DNA of 64,000 nucleotides, taken from Parasitella parasitica NRRL 2501. Lineage: Eukaryota > Fungi > Mucoromycota. The position numbers and the translations under genes were made by a program. The number at the start of each line of letters is the position of its first letter. Within the stretch, counting starts at the first letter, position 1. The DNA lies in contig MU619296.1 in assembly GCA_025201805.1 (NCBI GenBank), forward strand, positions 62,001 through 126,000, read 5' to 3'. Below are positions 48,762 to 60,500 of the stretch, piece after piece. The notes under the pieces are model-generated. The model ran no database searches and had not been told where the DNA came from. It was given only the letters and a program-made list of their open reading frames with translations.

Positions 48762-51568
48762 TTAGAAGCATTCATCAGATTCGAACGAGCAATTTCCAAT
48801 AGATAAAGCGCTTTCTTCAGTATCCTTGACACAACGGAAGCCAATAGTAGCACATCTATCTACGGAGGGAGACATCAACAAGTATTTACCATGTTGATCA
48901 TTGCGATATGCTTGAGGGAAATAGTGTTGGCCATTCTTGGCTTGATAGTACGAGCCACCACGAATTATAGCTAGATTGAAGTTTATAAAGTTAGCTAAAA
49001 TTGTTATGTAGCTCATATAGTAAAATACTTTACCTGCTCTGGTATGGTCATCACGGTAAACGTCAGTCCATTGCCATACATTACCAACAAGGTCATAGAC
49101 TCCCATACAAGCACGACCAGCAGGGAAAGCATCAACATCAGCAGGAGGATGATCAGGATAAAGTCTCTCACGACCAGTGTATACTTCAGGAACCTTGGTC
49201 TCGTCCCATTCATTACCCCAAGGGTAAGTACGATATTCATGACCACCTTGAGCGACGTATTGCCATTCCCATTCATGAGGGAGACGTTTTCCAGCCCACT
49301 TGGCATAGGCTTTGGCATCTTCAACTGAGACATGAGTAACAGGTTTGTTGGCACGAGAGGCAGGATAACAGCCACCACACCAATGCTTCAAAAAGTTTGT
49401 AGGATCAGCAGGCTTATAGCCACTTTCATCTAAGAATTTCTTAAATTGACTTTCTGTGACAGGATAGGCGTCCATATAGAAAGGCTTGATTTGCATATGC
49501 TTGGTGGCATGATGGCGAGAAGGTTGAAATTCCCAAGGGTACTTGATATCAACACCAGGATACTCTGATTTGCTATGGGGATGAGCACTGAGACCCTTGA
49601 TCTTGAAATCGTATGCACCACCTTCGATACGAACCATGCCGCAGATGTTCTCATTGGTATATTTGGTTACGACAATTTCCTCCAGCTCTTGCCATAGGAC
49701 AGCACTGCAGATAGGGATTTTATACAAAGGAGTTCTTGAACGATGGTGCAATGTCTTGATAAGAGATTCAAAGTTGCCAGGCAAGGGAGACACATCGCTA
49801 GTAGCAAAGATACAGCCATAACCATAAGGTTCAATATCAAAGCTGAGAGTTGCAAGACCATCACAGACGTCGGTGGGTTGGATTTCGACACCGTGCCATA
49901 CATCGTAGAATTGAATACCAATATGGTAATTGACTACGATCTGATGTCCAGTTACATTGGCAGGGCCGCGGTTGACAAAAGTCCAGACAATTTGGTCTTC
50001 TACCGTACGGCTGGGGAACTTGCTAGAGAAAACTGTCTCCCAGCGTACGCAGGGACAGTGAGGCTCCCATTCAGGAGAGGCAAAAAAGTCAGGGCCAAAG
50101 CAGCGAAGGATACTGGTTGTTCTACGCAGAGCTTCAGAGTCACGAGGAGTAAGCTGATTCCAGGTACCGAAGATGTTTTCCCACATTTCAATGCCCAAAC
50201 CTATTGCGATTAGTTAATATCATGCTAGTGTATAACATACAAATTGTGCGTTGTACATACCATTGAAGAAGGAGTGCTGAATCATGGCAGTTTTGTTTCT
50301 GGACCATTTGTCACAGCTACGAGTCATATGCTGAGGCTCAACGAACTTTCTTAACGCAACAGTAGGAATGCGGCTATATACGGTAGATGATAAGGTTTAT
50401 CAGTGCATGCAATGAGCACCGTTTGTGTACGTGTAAACTTACGTATTAGAATCGTATTTAGCTATTAGCACAAGATAAATTATGTTAATCAACTAGTGTA
50501 TTAATGTCGTCTTTATGCACACATACCCATATCCATAGTGTTCCACTGCAAAATCTGCAGACATTTGGCATTAAGAAATTGGTTAATGCGGCTAGTTCAG
50601 CGCCATATATTTGTCGTTGCTTACCAAAGAATCATCCAAGTCAGGAGCATCACCGAGTTTATTTTCACTGTTGGCTTGAGCTTGGAAGGCTAAAGGATGG
50701 CCAATAGCAACGGAATTCATCCAGTAATCTTGGGTAAAATAAGCAATTTCGCTTGACATGCCGTCAATATTGTATTCCTCTGTTGCGAAATATTAGTATT
50801 GCACATTTTAGCTGGTATTAATCAGCAACGTACTAAATAATCTAGGCAATATATAGCTCCAGGAGGCTCTGGGGTCTCGCTACAAGCGTCGCCATTAGCA
50901 GTGATCGTATTTATGCGTTTATATGAACAAACTTACTGTTCCGTTATCCCATCCAATGACAGGGAACAGGACCTTGATCTTTCTGGCATGAAACTCTTCA
51001 ACCAAAGAACGGATCCCTAGAGTGCCTCCAGGGAGACATCTGTAGTAGTCTTCAGAATTGCGGCTATCGCAACCTAGATTAGGGAAACTTGGCCAAATCT
51101 ATGGGGGAAGTTGTTTTTCCTTGTAAGACAAATAAACATGCAAACATCCCTTTTAGCTTGAACTAAAAGGCGCTAGATACTTACTACGATAGAGTCAATG
51201 GTACCGTAACGTTCGGTTACATCTGTATTTTGTGTATATTTGTGTGAGCACAAGTTTTATGCTTATTGTACCATTTATGCTTCATTACCTTGTACATATT
51301 TATCAACAGTGTACTTGTTGGTTTCGGGATCAAACAAAAACAAATCATTGGCCATAACATGTGGCTGGACATAGCTACTTTGCACCCATTGAAGCTCAGG
51401 GATATCATGAGCAGAAGCGACATGAGATACCTTCTTGTTTTGTTGCTCAAGACGGTATTTTCTTAAGCGAGTATTCCAATCCAAGTAGTCTCTGGGAGAG
51501 GCAGGACCCTCGACCTGGTGAGGTCTGAATTTGAGGTCATAATCATCAGCAAAGGCCTTGACAAGCAT
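48762..51568 (-). CDS. FGE-sulfatase (C-type-lectin-fold) domain protein with N-terminal putative TIM-barrel region, multi-exon
   Basis: C-terminal PVTHVS.EDAKAYAKWAGKRLPHEWEWQY, YPWG, GVYDLVGNVWQWT, IRGGSY, TIGFRCVKD. N-terminal exons give YVQPHVM..D.FLFDP...YTVDKY...RYGTIDSIVIWPSFPNLG.DSRN. Confidence 0.88.
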
Positions 51569-52013
51569 ATTTTGTTATTTTTCAATAGATTGGAGAGAAA
51601 GAGAAAGAGACGAGGAAGCAAAAAAAATCAATGCGATTTTATACTTGTTCGACGTAGACATCTCGTATATCAAGATTATTGATTTCCATAAACGTACATA
51701 CATACTGTTACATATCCATTTGGCGCCGCTAGTGTGTATATGCTTGCCAAATGCAGCGTGTTCCGAATAAGAATTTAAGCTTTTTGGCTTTGATCGAGAA
51801 CGCCATGACACAAGACAACAGAGAGGGAAAACGTGTCAATTTTACTTAAAAACATGAGTTCCACCGGCGTATACAATATATATAGTATCATCGCAAAAGG
51901 ATTTACGGCAAAAACTGCATTCTTGAAGTCTGCCCTTGAATTACACGAATTCTTGTGTTCAGTCTCGTATTACGCGGTGCTTTCATTTTTCTCCCCTCTT
52001 TCCTGTGGTAATC

Positions 52014-55000
52014 ATGTCGCATACCTTTATCATACTGGATGGCCATCCAAGCGCTTTTAACCCGACCTCCAGAGTAAGCAAGCAGCAGGTAGATCCAACA
52101 CGTACGTAGCAAGCAGCGTATCGAACATCCACGTATATTCCTAACACATCACTCCATCACTCCACCATTAGAGCAATTACCTCTTTTCCCACTATGGACA
52201 AGCATGGTGCAAAGCTCAATTGAATTTTGTCGCGTTGCTTGGGATATCCAGCCTGCTCAAAAGCATATTGTAAGACGTTGCAACGTTGCCACCATACTGA
52301 TAACTCACAAAAACCGAGCATTTTAGGTAAATGTAATGGTAGCCGGGGCAACTCCAATTTTAGTAAACGACGCCACAAAGCAAAGCTTACAGACCTTGGA
52401 GCAGCAATTCCCACATGCTCAACCTCGACAGACATACGCCCACGACAGACTGCAGCCGGCAATCGAACATGGCTTAAAGACATTTCTAGACGACGATAAG
52501 AACATGGGCACTTTGAAGCGATGCCGTATCATCTTGGTTGTAATCGCAAAGCATTCAGCCGAGAAAGCCTTCGAGTATGTGCATATGCAACAAAATATTT
52601 GCAGCACATTAAACATGATCAAATGTTAGGTTCCATAATAATCCGAATGATCCAGTGCGAGATCTCAGAGCCATAGTGTACCAAGCGGTGGCGAATGTAG
52701 ATCCAAGCTTAGACCATGTTCAAGTGGATGTTTTAAGACTGCTTCCCAACGCTGAATCTGCAGAATATGATACTTTACCTACCAGCGTTATCTCCAGACA
52801 GGTCTCACCGCAGATTAACATGTCGATATATAACATTCCAAATGGACAGGATGATTTAAAGCATGCAATGCGTCACTTGGCACAATTGTATTACAACATC
52901 AACGTACTGCATATATCTAACATTCCTATGAAGGTAAAAATGATTCGAGGTTCTATAATAATGTTTATATTCTAATCTTCTGTGCGGTTTCAGTCGGCCG
53001 AGCAGGCACAATCGACGCACACAGTAACGCTGTTTTACCAGGCTAACGGATACCACTTGATTAATCAGCAAGAACCTCTCAGAAACCTTCGTATCCACGA
53101 TCCAGCCTACCTGAAATATAGAGAAATCAAGCTGGTGTACTCCAAACGTAGCAAAAAGGCACTACCAGGCAAGTGATTCAAATATTTGTTGTTGCGCTTG
53201 TACATGTATGCTCACGAATAGTTGGTAAATAAAGAATCTGAATGGTGCACTTGTATGCACAATACATCCCCACTCAAGGCAAGTATGCTGTACAATTTGC
53301 ATATGTCCCATGTCTAACAAGCACTCTATAGTTTCATGATATGGCAACAGAAGTTTATTTAGACATGACATTGAGAGGTGTGTGCAGTAGTGTGTTCATG
53401 GGAAACTCAATTTATCCTCATTATTCCATTCAGGCAGTATCTCCTATCTAGTGACACCCGAGAAAAGCCATACGAAGATGTGGACGCACATTTTAATGGC
53501 TCAAGAGGGTGCGTACTCACACCAGCACGGTTTATCACACACAAAAATGCTCACTGCTTGAAAATAGGTGCCATATTTCTACATTGTTTGAACAGCCAGC
53601 TCCAGGAGCAGTTTGTTGAAGCCGAAAATAGCGCAATTCAGTCAGCAAATGTCAAAGTCGAAGGCTTTGTGAATCATCTGGATGTCGCTGGAAATATACC
53701 CAAAACAGCCGAGCTCTTAGACACACTCATACGACCCAATTTATACGAAAATGTAAAAGAGTACTTGGAGGCATCCGTTAAAAACCACTTGTGCAGCTCA
53801 GTTACATTGAATCCCTCCAGATATTCACATCACCTGCCAATTATGCACTCGAGCTTAAGTGAGCGAGGATTGTGTACATCACGTTCTATTGAAAAGGCAA
53901 CTCGTTGGCGCACTTGCTTCCGTGATTGCGAGGGTACAGACCGATTTCCCATCCTGTACGAAAACAAAAGGTCGATTCAAGATCTAGCCATTGATATCCT
54001 GAATGGCATCCCAAAAAGCTGTGGATTCGGCGTCGCCTTTGGACTCATACACGACCTTTTTGAGCAGCTGCAGGATGTGCTATTGAAAGATGTCATTTAC
54101 ACCAAAGAGATAAAATCCACTAAAGAATTGATCACTATGATTGTGACCGAATTGGTGAATGGCATGGAAGGATCTGGCCAGAAGCTGTTCATAAAGGGGT
54201 TGAGAAAAGACGATGCAAAGCTCATCTCCAAAAAGCTGCTAGTGGCCCTTTGCCTTGTTGGCAAACGATTTGCAAAGGACAGCGCTAATCATCAGCAGGT
54301 AAGGTCATTTCAGAATTTCTGCTGATCCACCCTTACCATTTTTTTTATGCATCTTAAAGCTGTGCAGCTTTATTCATGATGTTATCGAGCAAAAAACACA
54401 GGCTTTTTTTGAACAAGACAATTCGGTGATGTCGATAAAATCAGAGGAGGTAGCAACAACCACAACCACTTTGGATGCCGCGTGGAATCAAGTCAATAGA
54501 TATGAAAACATGTCCCTTAGAGAACGAGACGATGCTGCACATGGCTTCCTCCCGGAATTAAAGACAGAGAAGCCTGCTACTGAGAATTCTACAAACTTTG
54601 TGGGACAACTGCCAACAAAACCCATCCCGCGACACAACCCTAACTATAAACCTCGAAGGGGCGGAAATAATAATGCAACCGCCAACACAGGCAATAGCAA
54701 CAGCAATGTAGCACCTGCATCATACCACTATCCTAAGAAACCTACCTATCCCGATCCCTCTAACGCCAAACCTTATTTAACATACATAGCTCCCACACTA
54801 GAAGAAAAGGCGCAAGAGGAAGAACAAGAAGAAAAGAGTCTGGGCAAGCCAGGGAATTTGCTTTGGCTGTACTGGATGAATGACAAAATCAAAAAGAGAG
54901 GCAACCAAGATGAGGGTGATCTGAGTCTAGGAACTGAGCTAGTGTACAAGCATCAACACTGGAAGCGAGTGAAGAAAGAGTTTTTGGGCCGTTTAGCACA

Positions 55001-55028
55001 ACCCGGAGAGAAGGGCGAGACGACTTGA
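52014..55028 (+). CDS. INTS13: Integrator complex subunit 13 / Asunder homologue, multi-exon
   Basis: Collinear motifs resembling animal INTS13 as I recall them: SHTFIILDGHP, LWTSMVQSSIEFCRVAWDI, ISNIPMK, WCTCMHNTSP, THILMAQEGAIFLHCL, IEKATRW, NLLWLYW...KEFLGRL. Confidence 0.8.
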
Positions 55029-57163
55029 ACATTTTGTAAATAAACGATTCAGTCGACCGGCAATCATGAGTTGACGATGGTGTAAAAAAGATAATATTGA
55101 GATCATGGATGTAACATATACTATTGTGATTTGTATTCAATGCAAGTAAGCATTTCCCTCTTGTAATTTATAGCGAAAATAGGAACAAGATGTTATTTTT
55201 GAATATTATATTGACCATGATAAAAATTTCTCGGAAATATGGGGCATTAAAAGAGCATGCTGCAGACATCCAAAACCTCATTCTCGACCACATTTACGAC
55301 CACGAGTATTCCTTAGATTGCAGATTTATAGTAGCGAGTTAGCTATATACATAGAATTCAAAATTGTATCCAACTCTATGATTATCAAATGAATAAAAAG
55401 CCACGGTATCAGCATATCGGCTCTTTATATTGGGGATACCGGTTGGCAATATGAGATTCTCTTCTTAATAGATATAGAAGTATCGCAACTGGAAGAACGC
55501 GTAATTAAGCTTCGCAAGAAATTTAGTCTTGCAAGCAGTTTGCAGCATGGAAATACCAGTCATTTAGGTATGCTTTTGAAATCGTGGTTGTATAGATTAT
55601 CATCTCTTTCCTTGACTTGATTTTTTACAAACGCCCCTTGATCAAATCTAGCGTGACAGGAAAATAACAAAGGACGGCTTCTTGCAGTTCAAAAAAAAAA
55701 AGTATAAATAGGGGTCTTATTCCTGCAATCTTTTGTTCTTCATACTTACCTGGGTCGTGTATCTGAGCTCACTAATCTTGGATATACAGCGAGAGTGGTT
55801 AACATTGCACAGCGTTGACTATTCATGCTGCGAACAGCCTTCGGGCTGTCTCGAGATCATAATTTTTGTTTGGGGGGAATAAGTGGTTCGCCGCGTGTTC
55901 CCCTGAACACATTTCCCATTATAAATTTTACACAAACGAAAAAACATTGTAAAATCAATATTCTACACCTAAAAATACATGATCTGTTTAAACTCTTTGC
56001 ACATCTCTTGGTCGGTGATTTTCAGCTCCCCAAAACCAATCTCATGAAACACACAGTAGACCATAGAAAGGGTTTTGTATCGTGTAAATGTAGCAAATAG
56101 TATGAGTATGGTTGGTGATTGCACAAACGCCAGCTAGGCCAGTAATGATAAGTTTAAATCCCGACTTCTTATTTGTCTTGTTTTCTTTGGATTTGACCTC
56201 CCATTTGGCAAAATATCGCGATTATCACAACGATATTTGTATAGAGAAGCTGTAGCTTACGAATTAAAGTTTATACTAGCGTTGTTTGCGCATCTAATGG
56301 TACCAGTTTCAGATTTTATTTTTTTTCACTCAAGACTTTTCAACAATCGCGAAAATCTAAATATCAGGTTTTTGTCCGAAAGGCAAATTTTTGCATAAAA
56401 ACACTGCCAAGCAGATGGCTTCACGTGAAAGAGCAAAGCTTCCTAGTTGATTTTCATTCAAAAGTGTTGTACTAAAAACTCTCGTTTTTTTAAGTTAAAA
56501 TGCAGAAAAAGCAATTCCGAACGATTCGGCTCTATAGAAGTGTTAAGACTCTGACTTATTATGGTCTTTTGAAAAACGAAAAAAAATACTTACAGGGTGT
56601 AGTGCGTGATATGTGAACTGGTTTTAGCCATATCTGCGTTACAGAAATTGACAAATAGTCCCAATAAAATCCTTCAGGGCGCTTGTTTTGGCTAGAGTTC
56701 AGTAATGGATCTTGCGCATGCTAATGCTAAACATACAAAGTCTATTTTGTATATGCTTTGCTATAGCTTGTCTGTTCTAGACCTACAAAGGCAATAGTCT
56801 TGCTATATAATATATGGTTCAGCTTGAAGAAGGAGCGTATACCACTCATTCTGTTCCGTTCCTGAAAATTCATTTCTTGTGTTTTATACTCCAGTCAACT
56901 GCCATATATAATAGATGGCGGGATATGATGGATTCTGAATATTCAATGTTTTTTATATATAAAAATGCAAAACCAGCCACATCTACAGCTACTACAACGT
57001 CTTCATGATGATACGAAATACATGTATTGATTTTTAATCATTATCTTTCATGTTACAAAATACGTCACATTACTTTGTTTTGAGCATAATATTCTAGCCT
57101 TTCCTGTTCTCCTTTCATTGTCCTTTTTCATCTCTCTCTCTTTCTCCCTCTCTATTTGCCTCT

Positions 57164-57166
<3 letters not shown>

Positions 57167-57226
<60 letters not shown>
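57167..57226. repeat. Poly-T tract with adjacent CT repeat, ending at an assembly gap
   Basis: About 60 T followed by Ns. A similar T-run ends at the gap near 35209. Confidence 0.9.
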
Positions 57227-57527
57227 NNNNNNNNNNTACATTGGCACTTGACATTTCATTGAATTGACATTCCGCGTTATCACATCCATCGATATTATAC
57301 AATAGAACGTTCACGGAGAGGGGAATCCTGATTGACTAGTTTTTCCATCCTAAAGATAAGGCTTTCTGAAATAAATAGACACATATACACAATTTTTGGT
57401 AACGAACATAAAGAGATCAACTTGTCAACAAAAAAGATCTCGTGAAAAAATAAAAATAAAAAAAACTAATCTGCCTGTATAATTTTAGCAAAGTTTATAA
57501 TACATCAAATAAAAGGGGGGCATTAAC

Positions 57528-60500
57528 ATGAGCGGAAATATCAAAGTTGTAGTGCGATGCCGACCCCTGAACGCTAGAGGTTAGCAGCTTGATTCAAACT
57601 ATGTGTGGTATTATAACTAATGTTAAATAAACAGAGAAAGCAAGAGGTGCAACCACTCTTATACGAATGACTGGAAATCAGACAATCATCACAAAACCTG
57701 CCAGCCCAAACGCCATTCACCAAAAGAAAAAGGGTCAAAAAGACGAAGAAGAGAGTGTCAAAGCATTTACGTTTGATAGATCGTACTGGTCTGCAGATAA
57801 AGATGACGATCAGTATGCAGATCAGGAATTAGTGTATAATGACCTTGGAAGAGAGCTTTTAGACCATGCATTTGATGGCTACAACTGCTGTATTTTTGCA
57901 TGTAGAGTAATGCACCATGACTGAATTGGGGGGGATCTGACTAACCTTTTTATCAATATGTAGATGGACAAACGGGATCTGGAAAATCGTACTCAATGGT
58001 ATAGGTATATTTACATGCAGCGTTTCCGACTCTACTGATGCCTTTTGATGAATTAGATGGGCTACGGCGAAGATAAAGGAATCATACCGCGAACATGTTC
58101 AGAATTGTTTGAAAGAATATCCGACCTGACCAGCAACGTCCTAAAGTTCCAGGTAGAAGTGTCATATATCGAAATCTACAACGAAAAAGTACGCGATCTG
58201 CTGAATCCTGGCAACAAGGGCAACTTGAAGGTGAGAGAACACCCCACCATTGGACCTTATGTCGAAGATCTCTCCCGCCTTGTCGTCAATTCGTTTGAAG
58301 ATATTGACCACTTGATGAGCGAAGGAAACAAGGTAGCTACAAACAGGAATTCGGGATACACAAACAGCCAGCCAACTAATGATTAATTGATAGGCTAGAA
58401 CAGTTGCTGCCACCAACATGAATGAAACATCGTCTCGTTCTCATGCAGTCTTCACACTCTTCCTTACATCTAACCGGTTTGAAGAAGTAGCCAATTTGAA
58501 CACAGAAAAGGCATCCCGTATTAGCCTGGTTGATTTAGCCGGCAGCGAGAGAGCAAACAGCACTGGTGCCACTGGCGCCCGACTCAAGGAGGGTGCAAAC
58601 ATCAACAAATCTCTCACCACGCTCGGTAAAGTGATCGCGGCTTTGGCAGAGCAATCATCACAACCCAGCAACAAAAAATCGCCATCAGCCCACATTCCTT
58701 ATCGTGATTCTGTACTGACGTGGCTCCTCAAGGACTCTTTAGGTGGTAACTCAAAAACAGCCATGATAGCAGCGATTTCACCTGCTGATTACGACGAAAC
58801 AATGAGCACCTTGCGCTACGCAGACCAAGCTAAGCGAATCAAGAACAAGGCCATTGTCAACGAAGACCCTAATGCCCGAATGATACGAGAGCTGAAGGAA
58901 GAGCTGCAAGCGTTGCGCGATACTTTGATGATCTATGCGCCTGAAGAGGTAGAAAAAATTACGCTACAGAAAAAGTCTTCAGGAACGAGGAGCAGTCGAG
59001 CCTCATCTCGTGCGACAGCAAGAGCCACATCTGCTTCACCCATGTTGCTCATGTCGCCCGAAAGCCCGATCACAAAGCAGCGAGGAAACAGCCTATTAAC
59101 CAAGGAGCAAGTGATAGATCAGCTGCAGTCGTCCGAGAAACTGCTGTCGCAAGTCAACCAGACATGGGAGGAAAAGATGAGCAAAACCGAAGCCATCCAC
59201 AGGGAACGCGAGAAAGCGCTGGAGGAGCTGGGCGTCATTGTTGAGAAGAACAATATGGGTGTCTATGCGCCTAAATCGATTCATTTGATCAATCTCAACG
59301 AGGATCCGCTGATGACAGAATGTTTGATGTACCAGATCAAGCCTGGAATCACCCGTGTAGGCAGGTTGGGAAGTCAAGTGCCTGCTGACATCCGTCTCAG
59401 CGGCAGCGAGATACTGGATGAACACTGCTACTTTGAAAACATGTCGATGCCATTGGAAGAACAGCAAGACGAACAAGATATGGTCAACAACGTGGTTACT
59501 ATCCACCCTATGAAAGAATCAGTTACTCTAGTCAACGGCATGCGCATCTCTCAGCCAAAGGTGCTACACAGCGGATACAGAATCATCTTTGGGTCTGGTC
59601 TCCATCACCTGTTTCGTTTCAACAACCCCGATGAGGTGCGACGAGAGCGCGAGCAGCTGCAGCAGTGTGGAATGTCGCCAAAAATCAGCACGAGCATTTT
59701 TCCTAGCATGATGGAGCGTGGAGACAGCGCTGCTCTGTCTCCAACAGGCACTTTGACACACATGACGGATGTTACGGTCGGCGGCAGCATCGTAGACTGG
59801 AGCTTTGCCCACAGTGAGGCGCTTCGGAAGTTTGGTGGCACAAGAAACACGGATTTGACTATTATGACAGACGAGGATCTCAAACAGTTGTCGGACGGTA
59901 TTACTAAAGTGCGAGAATTTCGAAACAGGAAAAGGATATCATCGGATAGTCATAACCTGCTATTTGAGGACCCCGATTCTATCATGACAACCACCACTGT
60001 GTCACCGCGAACGTCGATTAGTTCCTCTAGCAACAAGCGATTTAGCGCAATCTCGTCTGTCCCTACCGTCTTTTCCGACCAAGACCAAGATAACGATGAC
60101 CCCCACTTGCAGGAACATGGCAAAGGCTTTTTGTCTGCCTCCATGTCCAAGGAGGAGAAGGACGAGCTTGTTCGCATCGCAACAGAGGAAATGCAGCAGC
60201 AGCTAGAGCTTCAGAAGCAAGAGTACGAAGAAAAGCTCAAGCTTGTCGAGTCGTCCAATATGAAGACAGACGAGCTCAACCGCGAGCGCGATGAACTTGC
60301 GGCCAAGTACGCTCAGATCAAGCAGGACATGGAAAAGGTGCTTGAGCAGCAGAAGCTGGCCTATGAATCCAAAATCAAACGGATCTCGGCACATCTGCCT
60401 CCAGGCACTGCCCTCAGCTGCGACAATCTGCTCGTGGGTTACACTGCTAAAAACGCAGCTGAAAGCTTGATGCGGGCCACAATTGAAAAGTGGCGCCAGC

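Noticed and set aside
56516-56600. Small hairpin (ccgaa-cga-ttcgg) and tacagggtgt as a possible transposon end
   Set aside because: No matching opposite terminus or target-site duplication found.
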